A stretch of DNA of 64,000 nucleotides from an uncultured delta proteobacterium (GCA_963785235.1 CAWAUM010000003.1:96001-160000); one strand, 5' to 3'; shown: positions 30,640 through 44,757, counted from the stretch's first letter. The notes: generated by a model from the letters alone, not told the origin. Numbers and translations: made by a program.

Positions 30640-31439
30640 CTAAAAAATCAGATCGGCAAGCATGCCCGTTGCCTTCTCAAGGTCTGAGTCATCAATCCCA
30701 TGTTCCCTCAAAAAGCTGCGATAAAGCAGGTGAGGGCCTGCCTCTATTCCGGTAATGCGTTTGTCTGCGCTATCTTTGACAAGGTTGAATACCCCGGAAG
30801 ACCGGTGGGTGATGGCGCCATCTTCAAGAACCAGCACCTCATCAGCACTCTCCAGGTCTTCCAGGCGGTGCGAGATGTGGATCACGGTCTTGCCCAGGTC
30901 GGCATTCATCTCCCTGATGGTCTTCAGAAGGGTCTTTCTGCTCTGCCGGATCGAGCATCACGGTGCCTTCGTCCAGCACCAGGATATCCACATCCATTGC
31001 AAGCTGGCCTGCATAGGCTATCTTGGCAAGCTGGCCGCCGGAGAGTTTTGAGGTTAGGGCATATCGAAGGTGTTCGCCATGGACATCAGCCAGTGCCTTC
31101 CCTATCCTTGACTTGATTTCAAGGCTTGGAAGACCCATGTTCTCCGGGCCGAAGGCGATGTCTTCTTCAACCACAAGGCTTACGATCTGATTGGCCGGGT
31201 TGCGACAGCACAAGGCCTATACGCATTCCGTGGGTATCGATGGTGCCTGAAGCAGGCTTGAGGATGCCCGCAATGAGAAAGGCGAGCGTGGTCTTGCCGC
31301 TGCCGTTGGACCCTACGATGCCTAAATAAGAACCGGCGGGCACCGTCAGATCGATGCCCGCCAGGGCGTTTGTTTGGGGATAGGAAAATGTTACTCCGCT
31401 CAGCGTGAGCGCTCTCGGAGATGTTTCCTTCCTGATCAA
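30640..31439 (-). CDS. ECF transporter ATPase (EcfA/CbiO), frameshifted
   Basis: GSNGSGKTT, NPANQIV..VEEDIAFGPEN, LSGGQ, LDEGTVMLDP. Confidence 0.85.
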
Positions 31440-31454
31440 TTCAACTCTTGCGGC

Positions 31455-31958
31455 CTACTTCTCTTTGGCCTTTTTCTCGTCGGCCTTCTTTGCTACTGCC
31501 TTTTTCTTCGGCGCGGCCTTCTTTTGTGCGGCTTTCTCTTCAGAAGCCTTTTTTTCAGCGGCCTTTTTCTTTGATACCTTCTCTTCAGGGACCTTTACCG
31601 CTGCCGACTCCGTCCATTCGATTATCGCCATGGGCGCATGATCGCCGTGGCGGTTCTTATAGTGGATAATACGGGTGTAGCCGCCGTTACGGGCGGAAAA
31701 AAGCGGTGCAAGGTCATTGAAGAGCTTGCCCAGGGCCTCTTTTGTTCTGACAGTCTGGGCGGCCTTGCGAATGGCTGCAAGGTTCCCTTTCTTCCCCAGT
31801 GTGATCATCCGGTCGGCAATCCTTCTGAGTTCCTTTGCCTTTGCCTCGGTAGTGGTGAGCCTCTCATGAGTGATCAGCGATGTCACCAGGTTCCTGAGCA
31901 TCGCCAGCTTATGATCCGTTGTCCGTCCGAGTTTTCTTCCTGCAATATGATGATTCAT
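31455..31958 (-). CDS. rplQ: 50S ribosomal protein L17 with Lys/Ala-rich tail
   Basis: GRKLGR..H..AMLRNL, TTEAKAKE, RNGGYTRI. Confidence 0.97.
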   Translation of the reverse strand: MNHHIAGRKLGRTTDHKLAMLRNLVTSLITHERLTTTEAKAKELRRIADRMITLGKKGNLAAIRKAAQTVRTKEALGKLFNDLAPLFSARNGGYTRIIHYKNRHGDHAPMAIIEWTESAAVKVPEEKVSKKKAAEKKASEEKAAQKKAAPKKKAVAKKADEKKAKEK

Positions 31959-31973
31959 GTCTCCACTCCGATC

Positions 31974-33012
31974 CTACTTGCTTTCCTCTTCTTCCATCCG
32001 TTTGCGCCGTGCCTCTATCTCATCAATCGAGGGCAGATCCGGCAGCTTCATCCCGATATGCAGCCCCATCTTGGAGAGCTTTTCCTTGATCTCTTCCAGA
32101 GACTTCCTGCCGAAGTTCTTGGTCTTTAACAGCTCGGCCTCGGTCTTCTGCACGAGTTCGTAGATATAGGTCATATTCGCATTTTTCAGGCAGTTGGCGG
32201 AACGTACCGAAAGCTCGAGTTCCTCAACGGTCCTGAAGAGATTGTTGTTCAGTTCCTTGTCCTTCTCTTCTTCCTGGTACTCGTGCTCGATCTCTTCCTC
32301 CTGGAAGTTGATGAACACATCCATATACTCTTTCTGGATCTTGGCTGCGTATGCCAGTGCATCATCCGGGGTTACTACGCCGTTCGTCCAGATCTCAAGC
32401 GAGAGCCTGTCATAGTCCGTCCTTCTCCCGACAATGGTGGGCGTGACGTTGAAAGACACCCTCCTCACCGGAGAAAAGATGGCGTCAATGGGTATCCAGC
32501 CATGGGTATCGAGCTTCTCCTTGATGAGTTCGGCCGGGACATAGCCGCTCCCCCAGTCCACCCTCAGTTCCATCTTGAGGGTGATGTCGCTCTGGATGGT
32601 GGCGATCATCTGTTCCGGGTTGATTACATCGATCTTGCCCCCGGCTTCGATGTCTCCGGCCGTAACCTCGCACGGCCCCTTTTTCTCCAGGGTCACGGTC
32701 TGGGGCTTGTCCGTATGCATGCGCATGACAACCTTCTTGAGGTTAAGAATTATGTCGGTTACATCCTCATAAACACCCGAGATGCTGGAGAATTCATGGA
32801 GAACGCCTACGCTTTCTTCAAACCTCACCCCAATGATGGCAGAGCCGTAGATGGACGACAGCAGTATCCTTCTCAAGCGAATTCCCTATGGTGACACCGA
32901 AACCCCGCTCCAGAGGCTGTGCATTAAAGCGGCCATAGGTATCCGTGTACGTATCTTCTACGATCTCCAACTTGGACGGCTTAATAATCTCTTTCCAGTT
33001 CTTCTCAATCAT
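31974..33012 (-). CDS. rpoA: RNA polymerase alpha subunit, frameshift near 32875
   Basis: [36 protein letters not shown]. Confidence 0.97.
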
Positions 33013-33034
33013 CCCTCACCCCAAGTTCTAAGTC

Positions 33035-33663
33035 TTATTTGGAATAGTACTCAATGATCAAGGTCTCCTGGACCGACATTGGCATATCCTTGCGCTCCGG
33101 CAGCGCCTTTACCTTGCCCTTCTTGGCATCCTTATTCATTTCGAGCCATTCAGTGACGCCGCGCTGTTCACGGTTCTCCAATGACGCCCCGATGGCACTC
33201 GATCTTCTTGCTCTTTTCCTTAACCTCGATCCTCATCCCCGGCCTTCACAAGGAATGAAGGAATATTAACTTTGTGTCCGTTCACTACAATATGTCCATG
33301 GCTGATGAGCTGGCGTGCGCCACTACGCGAAGGCGAGAACCCGAGACGATATACGATATTGTCGAGCCTCCTCTCCAGAAGCTGCAGGAGCTGCTCGCCG
33401 GTGACACCTTTACGGCGCTTGGCCATATCATAGTACTTACGGAACTGCGACTCGGAAACCCCATAGGTGCATCTGACCTTCTGCTTTTCCCTCAGGTGGA
33501 TCCTGTATTCAGTAGTCCTGACTCTTCCCTGGCCGTGCTGCCCCGGGGGATATTCCCGCTGCTCAATGGCACACTTATCCGTAAAGCACCTCTCACCCTT
33601 TAAGAAGAGCTTCATTCCTTCTCTGCGACAGATCTTACAAACAGGTCCTGTATATCTCGACAA
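33035..33663 (-). CDS. rpsD: 30S ribosomal protein S4, frameshifted
   Basis: [21 protein letters not shown], ends EYYSK. Confidence 0.95.
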
Positions 33664-33681
33664 GATTATTCCTCCTTCTTG

Positions 33682-34075
33682 TTATACCCTTCTTCTCTTC
33701 GGCGGCCTGCACCCGTTATGCGGTATCGGCGTAATATCCCTGATGCCGGTGATACGGATACCGCTGGCATTAATCGCCCTTAGCGCCGATTCCCGTCCGC
33801 CGCCCGGCCCCTTGATGTAAGCAAATGCGCTCCTGACTCCGAATTCGGCTGCCTTCTTGCAAGCCTCCTGGGCTGCGGTCTGGGCTGCAAACGGAGTGGA
33901 TTTGCGGGAACCTTTAAATCCCTGGGCACCCTGCAGACGACCAGCCCAGCGTATTACCCTGCTGGTCTGTGATGGTCACGATGGTATTATTGAAGGTGGC
34001 CTGGATGTGAACGATACCCTCGCTCACCTCTTTCCTGGCCTTTTTCCGTCCTGTTTTCTGTCTAGCTTTCGCCAT
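33682..34075 (-). CDS. rpsK: 30S ribosomal protein S11, frameshifted
   Basis: [37 protein letters not shown]. Confidence 0.95.
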
Positions 34076-34096
34076 GCAAAGCGCTCCTTAGCAAGG

Positions 34097-34465
34097 TTAT
34101 TTCTTCTTGCCGACCACGGCTCTTCTCGGGCCTTTCCTGGTCCGGGCATTGTTATGAGTATGCTGTCCCCGACAGGGCAGACCCTTGCGGTGCCTGATCC
34201 CACGATAGGAGGCGATGTCCATGAGGCGCCTGATGTTCATGGTGACTTCTCTGCGGAGGTCTCCCTCAACCACCAGAGTCTTGTCGATATAATCCCTCAT
34301 CAGAGATATGTCATGTTCCGTGAGGTCATCGCTCTTCTTTGCCGGGTCGATACTCACCGCTGCGATGATCTCGGAAGCCTTTGTCCTGCCGATACCGAAG
34401 ATGTAGGTCAGTGCGATATCGATGCGCTTGTTCCGTGGTAAGTCTACTCCTGCAATCCTAGCCAA
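34097..34465 (-). CDS. rpsM: 30S ribosomal protein S13
   Basis: [16 protein letters not shown]. Confidence 0.97.
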   Translation of the reverse strand: MARIAGVDLPRNKRIDIALTYIFGIGRTKASEIIAAVSIDPAKKSDDLTEHDISLMRDYIDKTLVVEGDLRREVTMNIRRLMDIASYRGIRHRKGLPCRGQHTHNNARTRKGPRRAVVGKKK

Positions 34466-34480
34466 GACTCATGCCTCCTT

Positions 34481-34594
34481 TTAACCCTGTCTCTGGTTAT
34501 GACGCGGATTATCGCAGATTACCCTGACAATCCCGCTTCTTCTGATAATCTTGCACTTCCTGCACCGCTTCTTCACTGATGCGCTTACCTTCAT
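34481..34594 (-). CDS. rpmJ: 50S ribosomal protein L36
   Basis: Hand translation [37 protein letters not shown]. Confidence 0.95.
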   Translation of the reverse strand: MKVSASVKKRCRKCKIIRRSGIVRVICDNPRHNQRQG

Positions 34595-34607
34595 ATCCGC
34601 CTCATTA

Positions 34608-34824
34608 TCACTTTGATCGGTAGACGATCCTGCCTTTTGTCAGATCATAGGGCGAAATCTCTACCTGTACTTTATCCCCTGGTAATATCCGGATGTAATG
34701 CATCCTCATCTTGCCCGAGATATGCGCGAGTATCTGGTGCCCGTTGGCCAACTCCACCTTGAACATGGCGTTCGGGCAGCGGTTCCAGTACCTTTCCTTC
34801 AGCCTCGATTACATCCTTTGCCAT
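34608..34824 (-). CDS. infA: Translation initiation factor IF-1, one extra base
   Basis: [14 protein letters not shown] then [35 protein letters not shown]. Confidence 0.93.
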
Positions 34825-34831
34825 ACGTTCG

Positions 34832-36815
<1,984 letters not shown>

Positions 36816-36824
36816 ATTTAACCC

Positions 36825-37272
36825 CTAAAGAGCTTCGAAGGTCCCACCGGCCTTCGCAATCTTGTCGACAGCCGCCTGTGATGCCTTATCCAGCTTCACT
36901 GTCAAAGGAAAATCTATATCACCTTCACCAAGCAGCTTGACGCAGGCCGTCAGATTCGGGATCTTGCCCTTGTCTTTCAGTGCCCTGCGGTCTACCACTG
37001 CGCCCTTTTCGAATATGGAAAGGTCCCTGATATTCACGACTGCGTATTCTTTCTTGAACAGGAAGTTCTTGAACCCTCTCTTGGGGAGCCTGCGGTAGAT
37101 GGGCATCTGTCCGCCTTCAAACCACTGGGGCACGCTGCCGCCGGAACGGGCCTTCTGGCCTTTTGCAGCCGCGGCCGCTGGTGGTGCCCATGCCCGATGC
37201 ATTGCCTCTTCCCACCCTCTTCTTTTTCTTCCGTGATCCTGCCGCAGGTTTCAGGTTCGATAGATCGAGCAT
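36825..37272 (-). CDS. rplO: 50S ribosomal protein L15, frameshifted
   Basis: [22 protein letters not shown]. Confidence 0.94.
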
Positions 37273-37273
37273 G

Positions 37274-37456
37274 TTATGCCTCCTCCCAGGTTAAAAGATG
37301 AGGCACCTTCTTGATGGCGCCACGTGTTGCATCGTTGTCGGGTAGCAACCTCGACCTGCCGCGCCTCTTCAGACCCAACGCCGTAACGACAGCCCTCTGC
37401 TTATGTGTGCTGTGTATCACCGAACGGCTCAATGTAATCTTTATCTTACCAGCCAT
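37274..37456 (-). CDS. rpmD: 50S ribosomal protein L30
   Basis: 60 aa, ALGL..RG, position in the spc operon. Confidence 0.92.
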   Translation of the reverse strand: MAGKIKITLSRSVIHSTHKQRAVVTALGLKRRGRSRLLPDNDATRGAIKKVPHLLTWEEA

Positions 37457-37482
37457 GATTTCTTTTCCATCCCTTTTTATGT

Positions 37483-37989
37483 TTACGATGCAACGTCAAG
37501 CGACTTGCCCCGCTTGGCCTCGACAGCTTCTTTCGTTTCCATGCGCTCCAGTGCATCAAGGGTGGCGCGGATGACGTTGTTATGATTGCGCGAGCCTAAA
37601 GTCTTGGCCACAACGTTCTTATACCCTGCAGCCTCCATGACGGCCCGAACAGCGTTTCCTGCAATGATGCCCGTACCCTCGGGGGCCGGTTTCACATATA
37701 CCTTGGATGATCCGAACTCTCCGGTTATGGCATGGGGGATCGTGCCTTTAATGATGGGCACATCCACCATCGCTTTCTTGGCAGCCTCAACCCCTTTGCG
37801 TATACTCACCGCAACTTCCTTGGCCTTGCCGAGACCGTGACCGACCTTGCCATTGCCGTCGCCCACGACCACGAGCGCACTGAAACGAAAGCGTTTGCCG
37901 CCTTTTACAACCTTGGCGACGCGGTTGATGTACACAACCTTGTCGATCAACTGATCTTTGTCTTCTTCGAATTTATCAAATCTCGCCAA
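37483..37989 (-). CDS. rpsE: 30S ribosomal protein S5
   Basis: INRVAKVVKGGKRFRF, PAPEGTGIIAG. Confidence 0.97.
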   Translation of the reverse strand: MARFDKFEEDKDQLIDKVVYINRVAKVVKGGKRFRFSALVVVGDGNGKVGHGLGKAKEVAVSIRKGVEAAKKAMVDVPIIKGTIPHAITGEFGSSKVYVKPAPEGTGIIAGNAVRAVMEAAGYKNVVAKTLGSRNHNNVIRATLDALERMETKEAVEAKRGKSLDVAS

Positions 37990-38007
37990 TTTACCACCTC
38001 GCTGTTA

Positions 38008-38370
38008 TTAGAACTTCAGCCCGCCCTCACGTGCGGCTTCTGAGAGGGCCTTGATCTTGCCATGATACTTATACCCGGAGCGGTCAAATACCACCTTTTC
38101 AATACCCTTTTCTTTGGCCTTTGCTGCCAAAAGCGAACCTACCTGCTTCGCGGTCTCGATGCTGAAACCCTTCACCTTTCCGCGAATCTCAGGGCTCAGG
38201 CTGGATGCAGCTACCAGCGTAGTGCCCTTGGTGTCGTCGATGATCTGGGTATAGATGTTATTGTTGCCCCGATATACGCTCAGACGGAGCCTCTCCGGCG
38301 TACCGCTGATTGTCTTCCGGCCCCGATCTTTCCTGAGAATCCAGGCTTCCTTCACACTCTTCTTGCTCAC
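38008..38370 (-). CDS. rplR: 50S ribosomal protein L18
   Basis: [23 protein letters not shown]. Confidence 0.97.
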   Translation of the reverse strand: MSKKSVKEAWILRKDRGRKTISGTPERLRLSVYRGNNNIYTQIIDDTKGTTLVAASSLSPEIRGKVKGFSIETAKQVGSLLAAKAKEKGIEKVVFDRSGYKYHGKIKALSEAAREGGLKF

Positions 38371-38395
38371 GTTACCTACTCCTTACAATTAAGCC

Positions 38396-38945
38396 TTAGC
38401 CTTTGGAAGCGCTCTTGCCAGGCTTGATCCTCACTACTTCCCCGTCGTACCGGATGCCTTTGCCCGCATAGGAATCAGGCTTGCGCACCTTGCGGATGCG
38501 TGCAGCCACATCCCCTAAAAGCTCTTTGTCTATCCCGGACAGTTCAATGAGCACCATCTTTGCTCACCGAGCCACTGACCCCCTTGGGAAGAGGAAACTC
38601 TACCGGATTCGAGTAACCCACGCTCAACACCAGCGCGTCTCCCTTGCCCTCACCGCGGTATCCGACTCCCACAATTCTGAGCTTCCTGGTAAAACCATCC
38701 GTAACGCCTATCACCATGTTATTGGCAAGCGCCCGCATGAGCCCATGAAAGGCCTTTGTTGTGCGTTCATCGTCAAGCGTGCTGAAGGTAAGCTCGTTAC
38801 CCTCAATCTTCACCTCGATGTTGCCCACGCACTTCTTTTCCAGCGCGCCCTTGGGCCCCTTCACCTTGAGGATTCCGTTGTCCAGCGTTATCATGACGCC
38901 CTTGGGTATTGCTATGGGCAGTTTTCCAATCCTTGATGTCGACAT
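38396..38945 (-). CDS. rplF: 50S ribosomal protein L6, frameshifted
   Basis: [24 protein letters not shown]. Confidence 0.95.
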
Positions 38946-38958
38946 GGCTATCGTCTCC

Positions 38959-39351
38959 TTACCAGACCTTGATCAGGACTTCTCCGCCCACGTTACTGGC
39001 CTTTGCCTTAAGGTCAGTCATGAGTCCGGTAGACGTGCTCACGATGGATATGCCAAGTCCGCCCCGTATATTCGGTATCTCGTCGGAACCTTTATAAACC
39101 CTTCTCCCCGGCCGCGAGACCCTCTGGATGCCGCTGATGACGTGACGGGAGTTGAAGTATTTCAGGCTCACCCGCAGCATGCCCTGCTTCTGGTCATCGA
39201 TAACCCTGTACGCCTTGATATAGCCCTCTTTCATGAGGATATCGGCGATATCTATCTTGAGTTTCGATGCCGGGATGTCAACGCTCTCCTTCATGGCCAG
39301 CGCTGCGTTACGAATCCTGGTGATCATGTCCGCAATGGGATCGCTATGCAT
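38959..39351 (-). CDS. rpsH: 30S ribosomal protein S8
   Basis: [25 protein letters not shown]. Confidence 0.97.
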   Translation of the reverse strand: MHSDPIADMITRIRNAALAMKESVDIPASKLKIDIADILMKEGYIKAYRVIDDQKQGMLRVSLKYFNSRHVISGIQRVSRPGRRVYKGSDEIPNIRGGLGISIVSTSTGLMTDLKAKASNVGGEVLIKVW

Positions 39352-39365
39352 CTGATGTTCCTCTC

Positions 39366-39551
39366 TTACCAGCTTGATTTCTTTAAACCCGGGATCTCGC
39401 CCTTCATGGCGTAATTCCTCAGGCATATCCGACAGATGCCGAACTTGCGGTAATATGCGTGCGGCCTGCCGCACAGCATGCACCTGTTGTATTGTCTCAC
39501 CTTGAACTTCGGTGACCTTTTCTGTTTTGCGATCAATGATTTTTTCGCCAT
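39366..39551 (-). CDS. rpsN: 30S ribosomal protein S14, zinc-binding type Z
   Basis: [17 protein letters not shown]. Confidence 0.96.
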   Translation of the reverse strand: MAKKSLIAKQKRSPKFKVRQYNRCMLCGRPHAYYRKFGICRICLRNYAMKGEIPGLKKSSW

Positions 39552-39560
39552 AGAATCCCC

Positions 39561-40101
39561 TTACTTCCGAAATGGCATACCAAAAGCGGTAAGCAGGCTC
39601 CTGCTCTCATCATCGCTCTTAGCAGTGGTCACAATGGTTATATTCATACCCCTGAGCTTTTCAACCGCATCGAAGTCTATCTCCGGGAACACGGTCTGGT
39701 CCGTAAGACCCATCGTGTAATTCCCGCGTCCGTCAAAACCCTTCGGAGCAGATCCCGCGAAAGTCCCTTACGCGGGGGAGCACCGCATTGATGAACCTGT
39801 CGAGAAACTCAAACATCTGGCTTCCGCGCAGAGTAACGGCGCACCCCACAGGCATACCTTCCCTGAGCTTGAATGCGGCAATTGACTTGCGCGCCTTCCT
39901 GACAATGGGCTTCTGTCCGGTGATGAGCGTGAGTTCGTTCACTGCCTTGTCGATGATCTTGACGTCTGCGACTGCCTCACCCAGACCCATGTTCAAGACG
40001 ACCTTCGTAATCTTGGGGATCTGATGGATATTGCTATATCCAAATTCCGCCTTCAGTGCAGGCACGATCTCTTTACTATAATAATCCTTGAGCCTTGCCA
40101 T
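39561..40101 (-). CDS. rplE: 50S ribosomal protein L5, frameshifted
   Basis: [29 protein letters not shown]. Confidence 0.95.
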
Positions 40102-40109
40102 CTATAACC

Positions 40110-40445
40110 TCACTTATCCAATTCCTCGCCGCAGCGCCTACAGACCCTGACCTTGGCGCCGTCTTCATGCGCCTTATATCCGATGCGTACACCTTTTTTG
40201 CACTTGGGGCAGACTAGCGCCACATTGGATTTATGTATACCCGCCTCTTTCTCCACGATACCGCCTTGCGAGGTCTGCGTGGGCTTGGTGTGCTTCTTGA
40301 TGATATTCACCCGCTCCACAAGAAGCTTATCCTTCTTGTGGATCAGCCGCATCACCTGGCCCTGCTTGCCCTTGTTCTTTCCGGCAAGGATTACTACCGT
40401 GTCGCCTTTTTTTATCCTGCCTGTCTCGTACCTTACCACTGCCAT
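40110..40445 (-). CDS. rplX: 50S ribosomal protein L24
   Basis: KKGDTV..AGKNKGK, EAGIHKSNV. Confidence 0.96.
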   Translation of the reverse strand: MAVVRYETGRIKKGDTVVILAGKNKGKQGQVMRLIHKKDKLLVERVNIIKKHTKPTQTSQGGIVEKEAGIHKSNVALVCPKCKKGVRIGYKAHEDGAKVRVCRRCGEELDK

Positions 40446-40459
40446 GTGTCAACTCCTAA

Positions 40460-40828
40460 TTAGAGCACTTCCGGTGCCAGCGAGACTATCTTCATAAAGT
40501 TCTTTGCCCTGAGCTCGCGGGCAACAGGTCCGAATATACGTGTGCCGATGGGCTCATTCTGGGTGTTCAGGATAACGGCCGAGTTCTCATCGAACCTGAT
40601 GCTCGTCCCGTCAGAGCGCTTCTGCGTCTTCTTGGTCCTTACGACCACGGCCTTAACCACCTCGCCCTTCTTTACCTTGGAACGGGGAATTGCTTCTTTT
40701 ACACTCGCGACGATTACGTCGCCCAAATAGGCATATCTGCGCCTGGTTCCGCCTAACACCTTAATGCACATAATCTCTTTCGCACCTGAATTATCCGCAA
40801 CCTTGAGCCTTGTCTGCTGTTGGACCAT
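40460..40828 (-). CDS. rplN: 50S ribosomal protein L14
   Basis: [20 protein letters not shown]. Confidence 0.98.
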   Translation of the reverse strand: MVQQQTRLKVADNSGAKEIMCIKVLGGTRRRYAYLGDVIVASVKEAIPRSKVKKGEVVKAVVVRTKKTQKRSDGTSIRFDENSAVILNTQNEPIGTRIFGPVARELRAKNFMKIVSLAPEVL

Positions 40829-40857
40829 GGGTAGCCTCCGCCACTAAAACCTTACTT

Positions 40858-41115
40858 CTATTCCTGTCTCTCGAGGATCTTCACAATCCTCCAGCTCTTG
40901 TCTTTGCTGATGGGCCTGCACTCACGGATAAGAACCTTATCACCAGGTTTGCACTCATTACGTTCGTCATGAGCCTTGAACTTGGTGCGTCTGCGAATAT
41001 ACTTTTCAAAGACGGGGTGCTTCTCAAGCCGTTCAACGGTCACTACAGCGGTCTTGTCCATCTTGTCGCTCGTGACCACTCCTTGCAACTCCAGCTTTCC
41101 TGATTTTTCTACCAT
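40858..41115 (-). CDS. rpsQ: 30S ribosomal protein S17
   Basis: [16 protein letters not shown]. Confidence 0.96.
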   Translation of the reverse strand: MVEKSGKLELQGVVTSDKMDKTAVVTVERLEKHPVFEKYIRRRTKFKAHDERNECKPGDKVLIRECRPISKDKSWRIVKILERQE

Positions 41116-41300
41116 TACTGTTTCTCCCGGGTGATCGTATTGATCCGCGCAATATCACGACGCAGCTTGCCAATAAGGGTCTTGTCCTTGAGCTGGCCCA
41201 TGGCCTTCTTAAAGCGTGTGTCCATCAGTTCGCGCTCGAGTTTCGTCTTGATCTGGGAGACCTCGCCGGCTGTCTTCTCGCGTATTTCCTTCACCTTCAT
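41115..41300 (-). CDS. rpmC: 50S ribosomal protein L29
   Basis: RRDIARINT, operon position. Confidence 0.94.
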   Translation of the reverse strand: MKVKEIREKTAGEVSQIKTKLERELMDTRFKKAMGQLKDKTLIGKLRRDIARINTITREKQ

Positions 41301-41722
41301 ATGGCTGCTCCCTCACGTGCAACAAACCTGGTCTTCACGGGCAGCTTGTGGGATGCAAGACGGAAGGCCTCCTTGGCCTGTTCCAGGGTAACCCCGTCGA
41401 TCTCGAAGAGTATCCTGCCGGGTCTTACCGGCGCAACCCATTCCTCCGGGGCGCCTTTGCCCTTTCCCATACGCGTCTCAGCAGGCTTCTTGGTGATGGG
41501 CTTATCAGGGAAAAGCCTGATCCATACCTTGCCGCCTCTTTTAATAAAGCGCGTGATAGCTACGCGTGCCGCTTCTATCTGTCTTGCAGTAATCCAGTGG
41601 GGCTCCAATGTCTGCAGTCCATATGTCCCAAAGGCCACCCTAGCTCCACGCTCCGGGCTGCCCTTCATGCGTCCCCGCATCTGTTTTCTATGTTTTACCT
41701 TGTTCGGCATCAACATGGCCAA
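41297..41722 (-). CDS. rplP: 50S ribosomal protein L16
   Basis: RQIEAAR, RMGKGKG. Confidence 0.97.
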   Translation of the reverse strand: MAMLMPNKVKHRKQMRGRMKGSPERGARVAFGTYGLQTLEPHWITARQIEAARVAITRFIKRGGKVWIRLFPDKPITKKPAETRMGKGKGAPEEWVAPVRPGRILFEIDGVTLEQAKEAFRLASHKLPVKTRFVAREGAAI

Positions 41723-41730
41723 GATCTCCC

Positions 41731-42381
41731 TTAAGTAGTGCTTGCCTGTTCCTGTTTCTTCATGATGTCACCGTGGTATACCCACACCTTCACACCAATG
41801 ACCCCATACATAGTGAATGCTTCCTTGAAGCCGTAGTCAACGTCGCTGCGAAGTGTGTGCAAAGGCACCCGGCCTTCGCGGTACCACTCCCTGCGGGCGA
41901 TTTCAGCCCCACCAAGCCTTCCGGAACAGGCAACCTTGATGCCCTGGGCGCCCATCCTCATGGCCTGGCTCACTGCCCTCTTCATGGCGCGACGGAATGC
42001 GACCCTGCGCTCAAGCTGGCTCGCAATGCCTTCTGAGACGATCTGGGCATCGGTCTCGGGACGTCTGACTTCCTTGATCTCCAGCATGATCTCTTTGTTC
42101 ACGAACTTGGCAAGGTCGTTCTTTATGGTTTCCGCGCCCTGGCCCTTCCTGCCGATCACAAGACCAGGCCTGCCTGTAAAGATTACAAGCTTCACCTTGT
42201 TGGCGGCGCGCTCGATAATGATGTTCGAGATCCCTGCATGGCTTAAGTTCTTATGAATAAAATTGCGGATCTTGCGATCTTCAACGAAGAGAATGCCAAA
42301 ATTTTTCTCAGCATACCACTTGGCCTTCCAGTCCTTGGTAATCCCAAGCCGAAATCCGTACGGATGAATCTTCTGTCCCAC
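41731..42381 (-). CDS. rpsC: 30S ribosomal protein S3
   Basis: [21 protein letters not shown]. Confidence 0.98.
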   Translation of the reverse strand: MGQKIHPYGFRLGITKDWKAKWYAEKNFGILFVEDRKIRNFIHKNLSHAGISNIIIERAANKVKLVIFTGRPGLVIGRKGQGAETIKNDLAKFVNKEIMLEIKEVRRPETDAQIVSEGIASQLERRVAFRRAMKRAVSQAMRMGAQGIKVACSGRLGGAEIARREWYREGRVPLHTLRSDVDYGFKEAFTMYGVIGVKVWVYHGDIMKKQEQASTT

Positions 42382-42396
42382 TTATCGACCCCTTTC

Positions 42397-42729
42397 CTAA
42401 AGCTCTTCTAAGACCACGGCTATGTGAGAAGTCCTCTTGATGATGCGGTTTGCCTTGCCTTGGGCACGTGGGCGAAACCTCTTCATAGTCGGGCCTTCAT
42501 CAATCTGGATGGATTTCACATAGAGATTATCCACATCCATCATACCCGTATTCATGGCATTGGCCACGGCCGAGTTCAGGACCTTGGCAATGATACGGGC
42601 GCGCTTGGTGCCGAGCAGATTAAGCATGCGCAATGCTTCGGCTATACGCTTACTTCTTACCTGGTCAGCCAGGAGCCTCGTCTTCTGGGGCGAAACCCTG
42701 GAATGTTTTAATATTGCCTTGGCCTCCAT
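42397..42729 (-). CDS. rplV: 50S ribosomal protein L22
   Basis: SAVANA, PRAQG, KRTSHI. Confidence 0.97.
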   Translation of the reverse strand: MEAKAILKHSRVSPQKTRLLADQVRSKRIAEALRMLNLLGTKRARIIAKVLNSAVANAMNTGMMDVDNLYVKSIQIDEGPTMKRFRPRAQGKANRIIKRTSHIAVVLEEL

Positions 42730-42732
42730 TGC

Positions 42733-43014
42733 CTACCCCTTCCTCGATGACTTTCTGTCGCCTGCATGGCCGAAGAAGGTTCGTGTCGGCGAGAATTCCC
42801 CAAGCTTGTGCCCCACCATCTCCTCGGTGCAGTAGACCGGGACAAACTTCTTGCCGTTGTGCACGGCAAAGGTAAGCCCTACAGACTCAGGGAGGATGAC
42901 CGAGCGCCTCGACCAGGTCTTGATAACCTTACGACTGCCTGACTCCTGGGCCTGGAGAACCTTTTTCAGCAGGTGATCATCAACGAACGGCCCTTTCTTC
43001 AGTGAGCGTGCCAC
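42733..43014 (-). CDS. rpsS: 30S ribosomal protein S19
   Basis: [21 protein letters not shown]. Confidence 0.98.
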   Translation of the reverse strand: MARSLKKGPFVDDHLLKKVLQAQESGSRKVIKTWSRRSVILPESVGLTFAVHNGKKFVPVYCTEEMVGHKLGEFSPTRTFFGHAGDRKSSRKG

Positions 43015-43017
43015 GGT

Positions 43018-43839
43018 TTACTTCCTCCTCTTTACTATATACTTATTGGAGTCCTTTGTGCGGTTCCTGGTCTTGTGACCCTTCGTGGAAACGCCCCATG
43101 GCGTGACGGGATGATTGCCCTTAACCCTGCCTTCGCCGCCTCCGTGCGGATGATCAACCGGATTCATGGCAACGCCTCGCACTGTCGGCCTGATGCCCAT
43201 CCAGCGTTTCCTGCCTGCCTTGCCGATGGTGATGTTCTGATGGCTTACGTTGCCCACCTGCCCGATGGTGGCCTTGCACTCGGCAAAGACCTTGCGTACC
43301 TCGCCAGAAGGCATCTTGATCTGAACGTATGTGCCTTCTTTTGCAAGCACCTGCCCGTATGTGCCGGCGGACCTGATGAGCTGTCCGCCCTTGCCCATCT
43401 TGCATTCAACATTATGAACGAACGTGCCAAGAGGCATGGCCTTCAGGCTCAGGACATTACCCGTCCTGATCTCAGCCTCTTCGGAGGCAAGGACCATGCT
43501 GCCCACGGTCAGTCCTTCGGGCCAGAGCATATAGCGCTTCTCTCCGTCCGCATACTGCACAAGCGAAATCCTGGCAGTACGGTTGGGATCGTACTCGATG
43601 GTCATGATCTTGCCGGGCACGCCTACCTTATCCCGTCTGAAATCAATGATGCGATAGAGCCTTGTGCTGCCGCCGCCCTGATGTCGCACCGTGATACGGC
43701 CCAGGTTGTTCCGGCCGCTGTTCTTCTTGAGACGGAAGGTCAGGGCTTTTTCAGGCTCAGTTACCGTGATCTCCTCAAAGGTGGAGACAGTCATGGACCG
43801 CCTGCCGGCCGATGTTGGTTTGAAGCCGCGTATGCTCAT
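43018..43839 (-). CDS. rplB: 50S ribosomal protein L2
   Basis: [23 protein letters not shown]. Confidence 0.98.
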   Translation of the reverse strand: MSIRGFKPTSAGRRSMTVSTFEEITVTEPEKALTFRLKKNSGRNNLGRITVRHQGGGSTRLYRIIDFRRDKVGVPGKIMTIEYDPNRTARISLVQYADGEKRYMLWPEGLTVGSMVLASEEAEIRTGNVLSLKAMPLGTFVHNVECKMGKGGQLIRSAGTYGQVLAKEGTYVQIKMPSGEVRKVFAECKATIGQVGNVSHQNITIGKAGRKRWMGIRPTVRGVAMNPVDHPHGGGEGRVKGNHPVTPWGVSTKGHKTRNRTKDSNKYIVKRRK

Positions 43840-43842
43840 CGG

Positions 43843-44133
43843 TTATACCCCTTCTATAAAGTCGATGGACTCGCCTGTTTTCAGCGTGACTATCGCCTTC
43901 TTCCAATCGGAGCGCTGGTAGGTACGTTGTCCCCAACGCTTCATCTTGCCCTTGAAATTCATGGTCTTCACGTCTTCGACGTGCACACCAAACATCTCTT
44001 CCACAGCCTGCTTGATCTCTATCTTGTTGGCGTCCGGCGTCACGGAGAAGATCACCTTGTTGCCCTTTTCTTTGAGCATGGTCCCTTTTTCCGTAACGAG
44101 GGGCCGCTTCAGTATGCTGCTTGCGGTCTTCAT
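43843..44133 (-). CDS. rplW: 50S ribosomal protein L23
   Basis: PLVTEK, WKKAIVTL. Confidence 0.96.
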   Translation of the reverse strand: MKTASSILKRPLVTEKGTMLKEKGNKVIFSVTPDANKIEIKQAVEEMFGVHVEDVKTMNFKGKMKRWGQRTYQRSDWKKAIVTLKTGESIDFIEGV

Positions 44134-44754
44134 GGCTTCAGCCTCTCTTGAATAAGCTCTACAGCCTTGACGTCAATGACCAGGCCTTTGTATTTCAGGA
44201 TGTCATAGACATTCAGGCCTTTCACATCCAAAAGTTTGCTCTTGGCATGGTTCCTGGAGGCGAGCGCAACATTCGCAGGCGGCATCGCCGATAATCACCA
44301 GCGAATTCTCCATACCTAAAGAGCCAAGGGCCTTTGTGTACAGCTTGGTCTTGGGCTCTGTGAACTCCATGGCGTCCACTACCCTGAGCATGTTCTCGTT
44401 CGCCTTCATGGACAGCGCCGAGCACAGCGCCTGTCTCCTGACCTTCTTGGGCAGGCTTATGACATAGTTCCTGTTGTTCGGTCCGAAGATCACACCGCCG
44501 TGTCTCCATATGGGGGAACGGTTGGTGCCGGCCCGAGCACGTCCTGTGCCCTTCTGCCGCCATGGCTTCTTCCCGCCGCCACTGACCTCGGCCCTTGTCT
44601 TGGTCTTGGCTGTGGCAGCCCTTTTATTGGCCCTCTGCCAGATGACCACATCATGTATCAGGTGAGGTTTCACCTCGCACCCGAACACGGAATCATCGAG
44701 CTCTATCTCTCGAACCTTTTCACCTGCAATGTTGAACACATCAACAACCGGCAT
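44130..44754 (-). CDS. rplD: 50S ribosomal protein L4, frameshift near the 3' end
   Basis: KPWRQKGTGRARAG. Confidence 0.96.
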
Positions 44755-44757
44755 GAC

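Noticed and set aside
31455-31600. Lys/Ala low-complexity tail of L17
   Set aside because: Such extensions are common in L17 from many bacteria.
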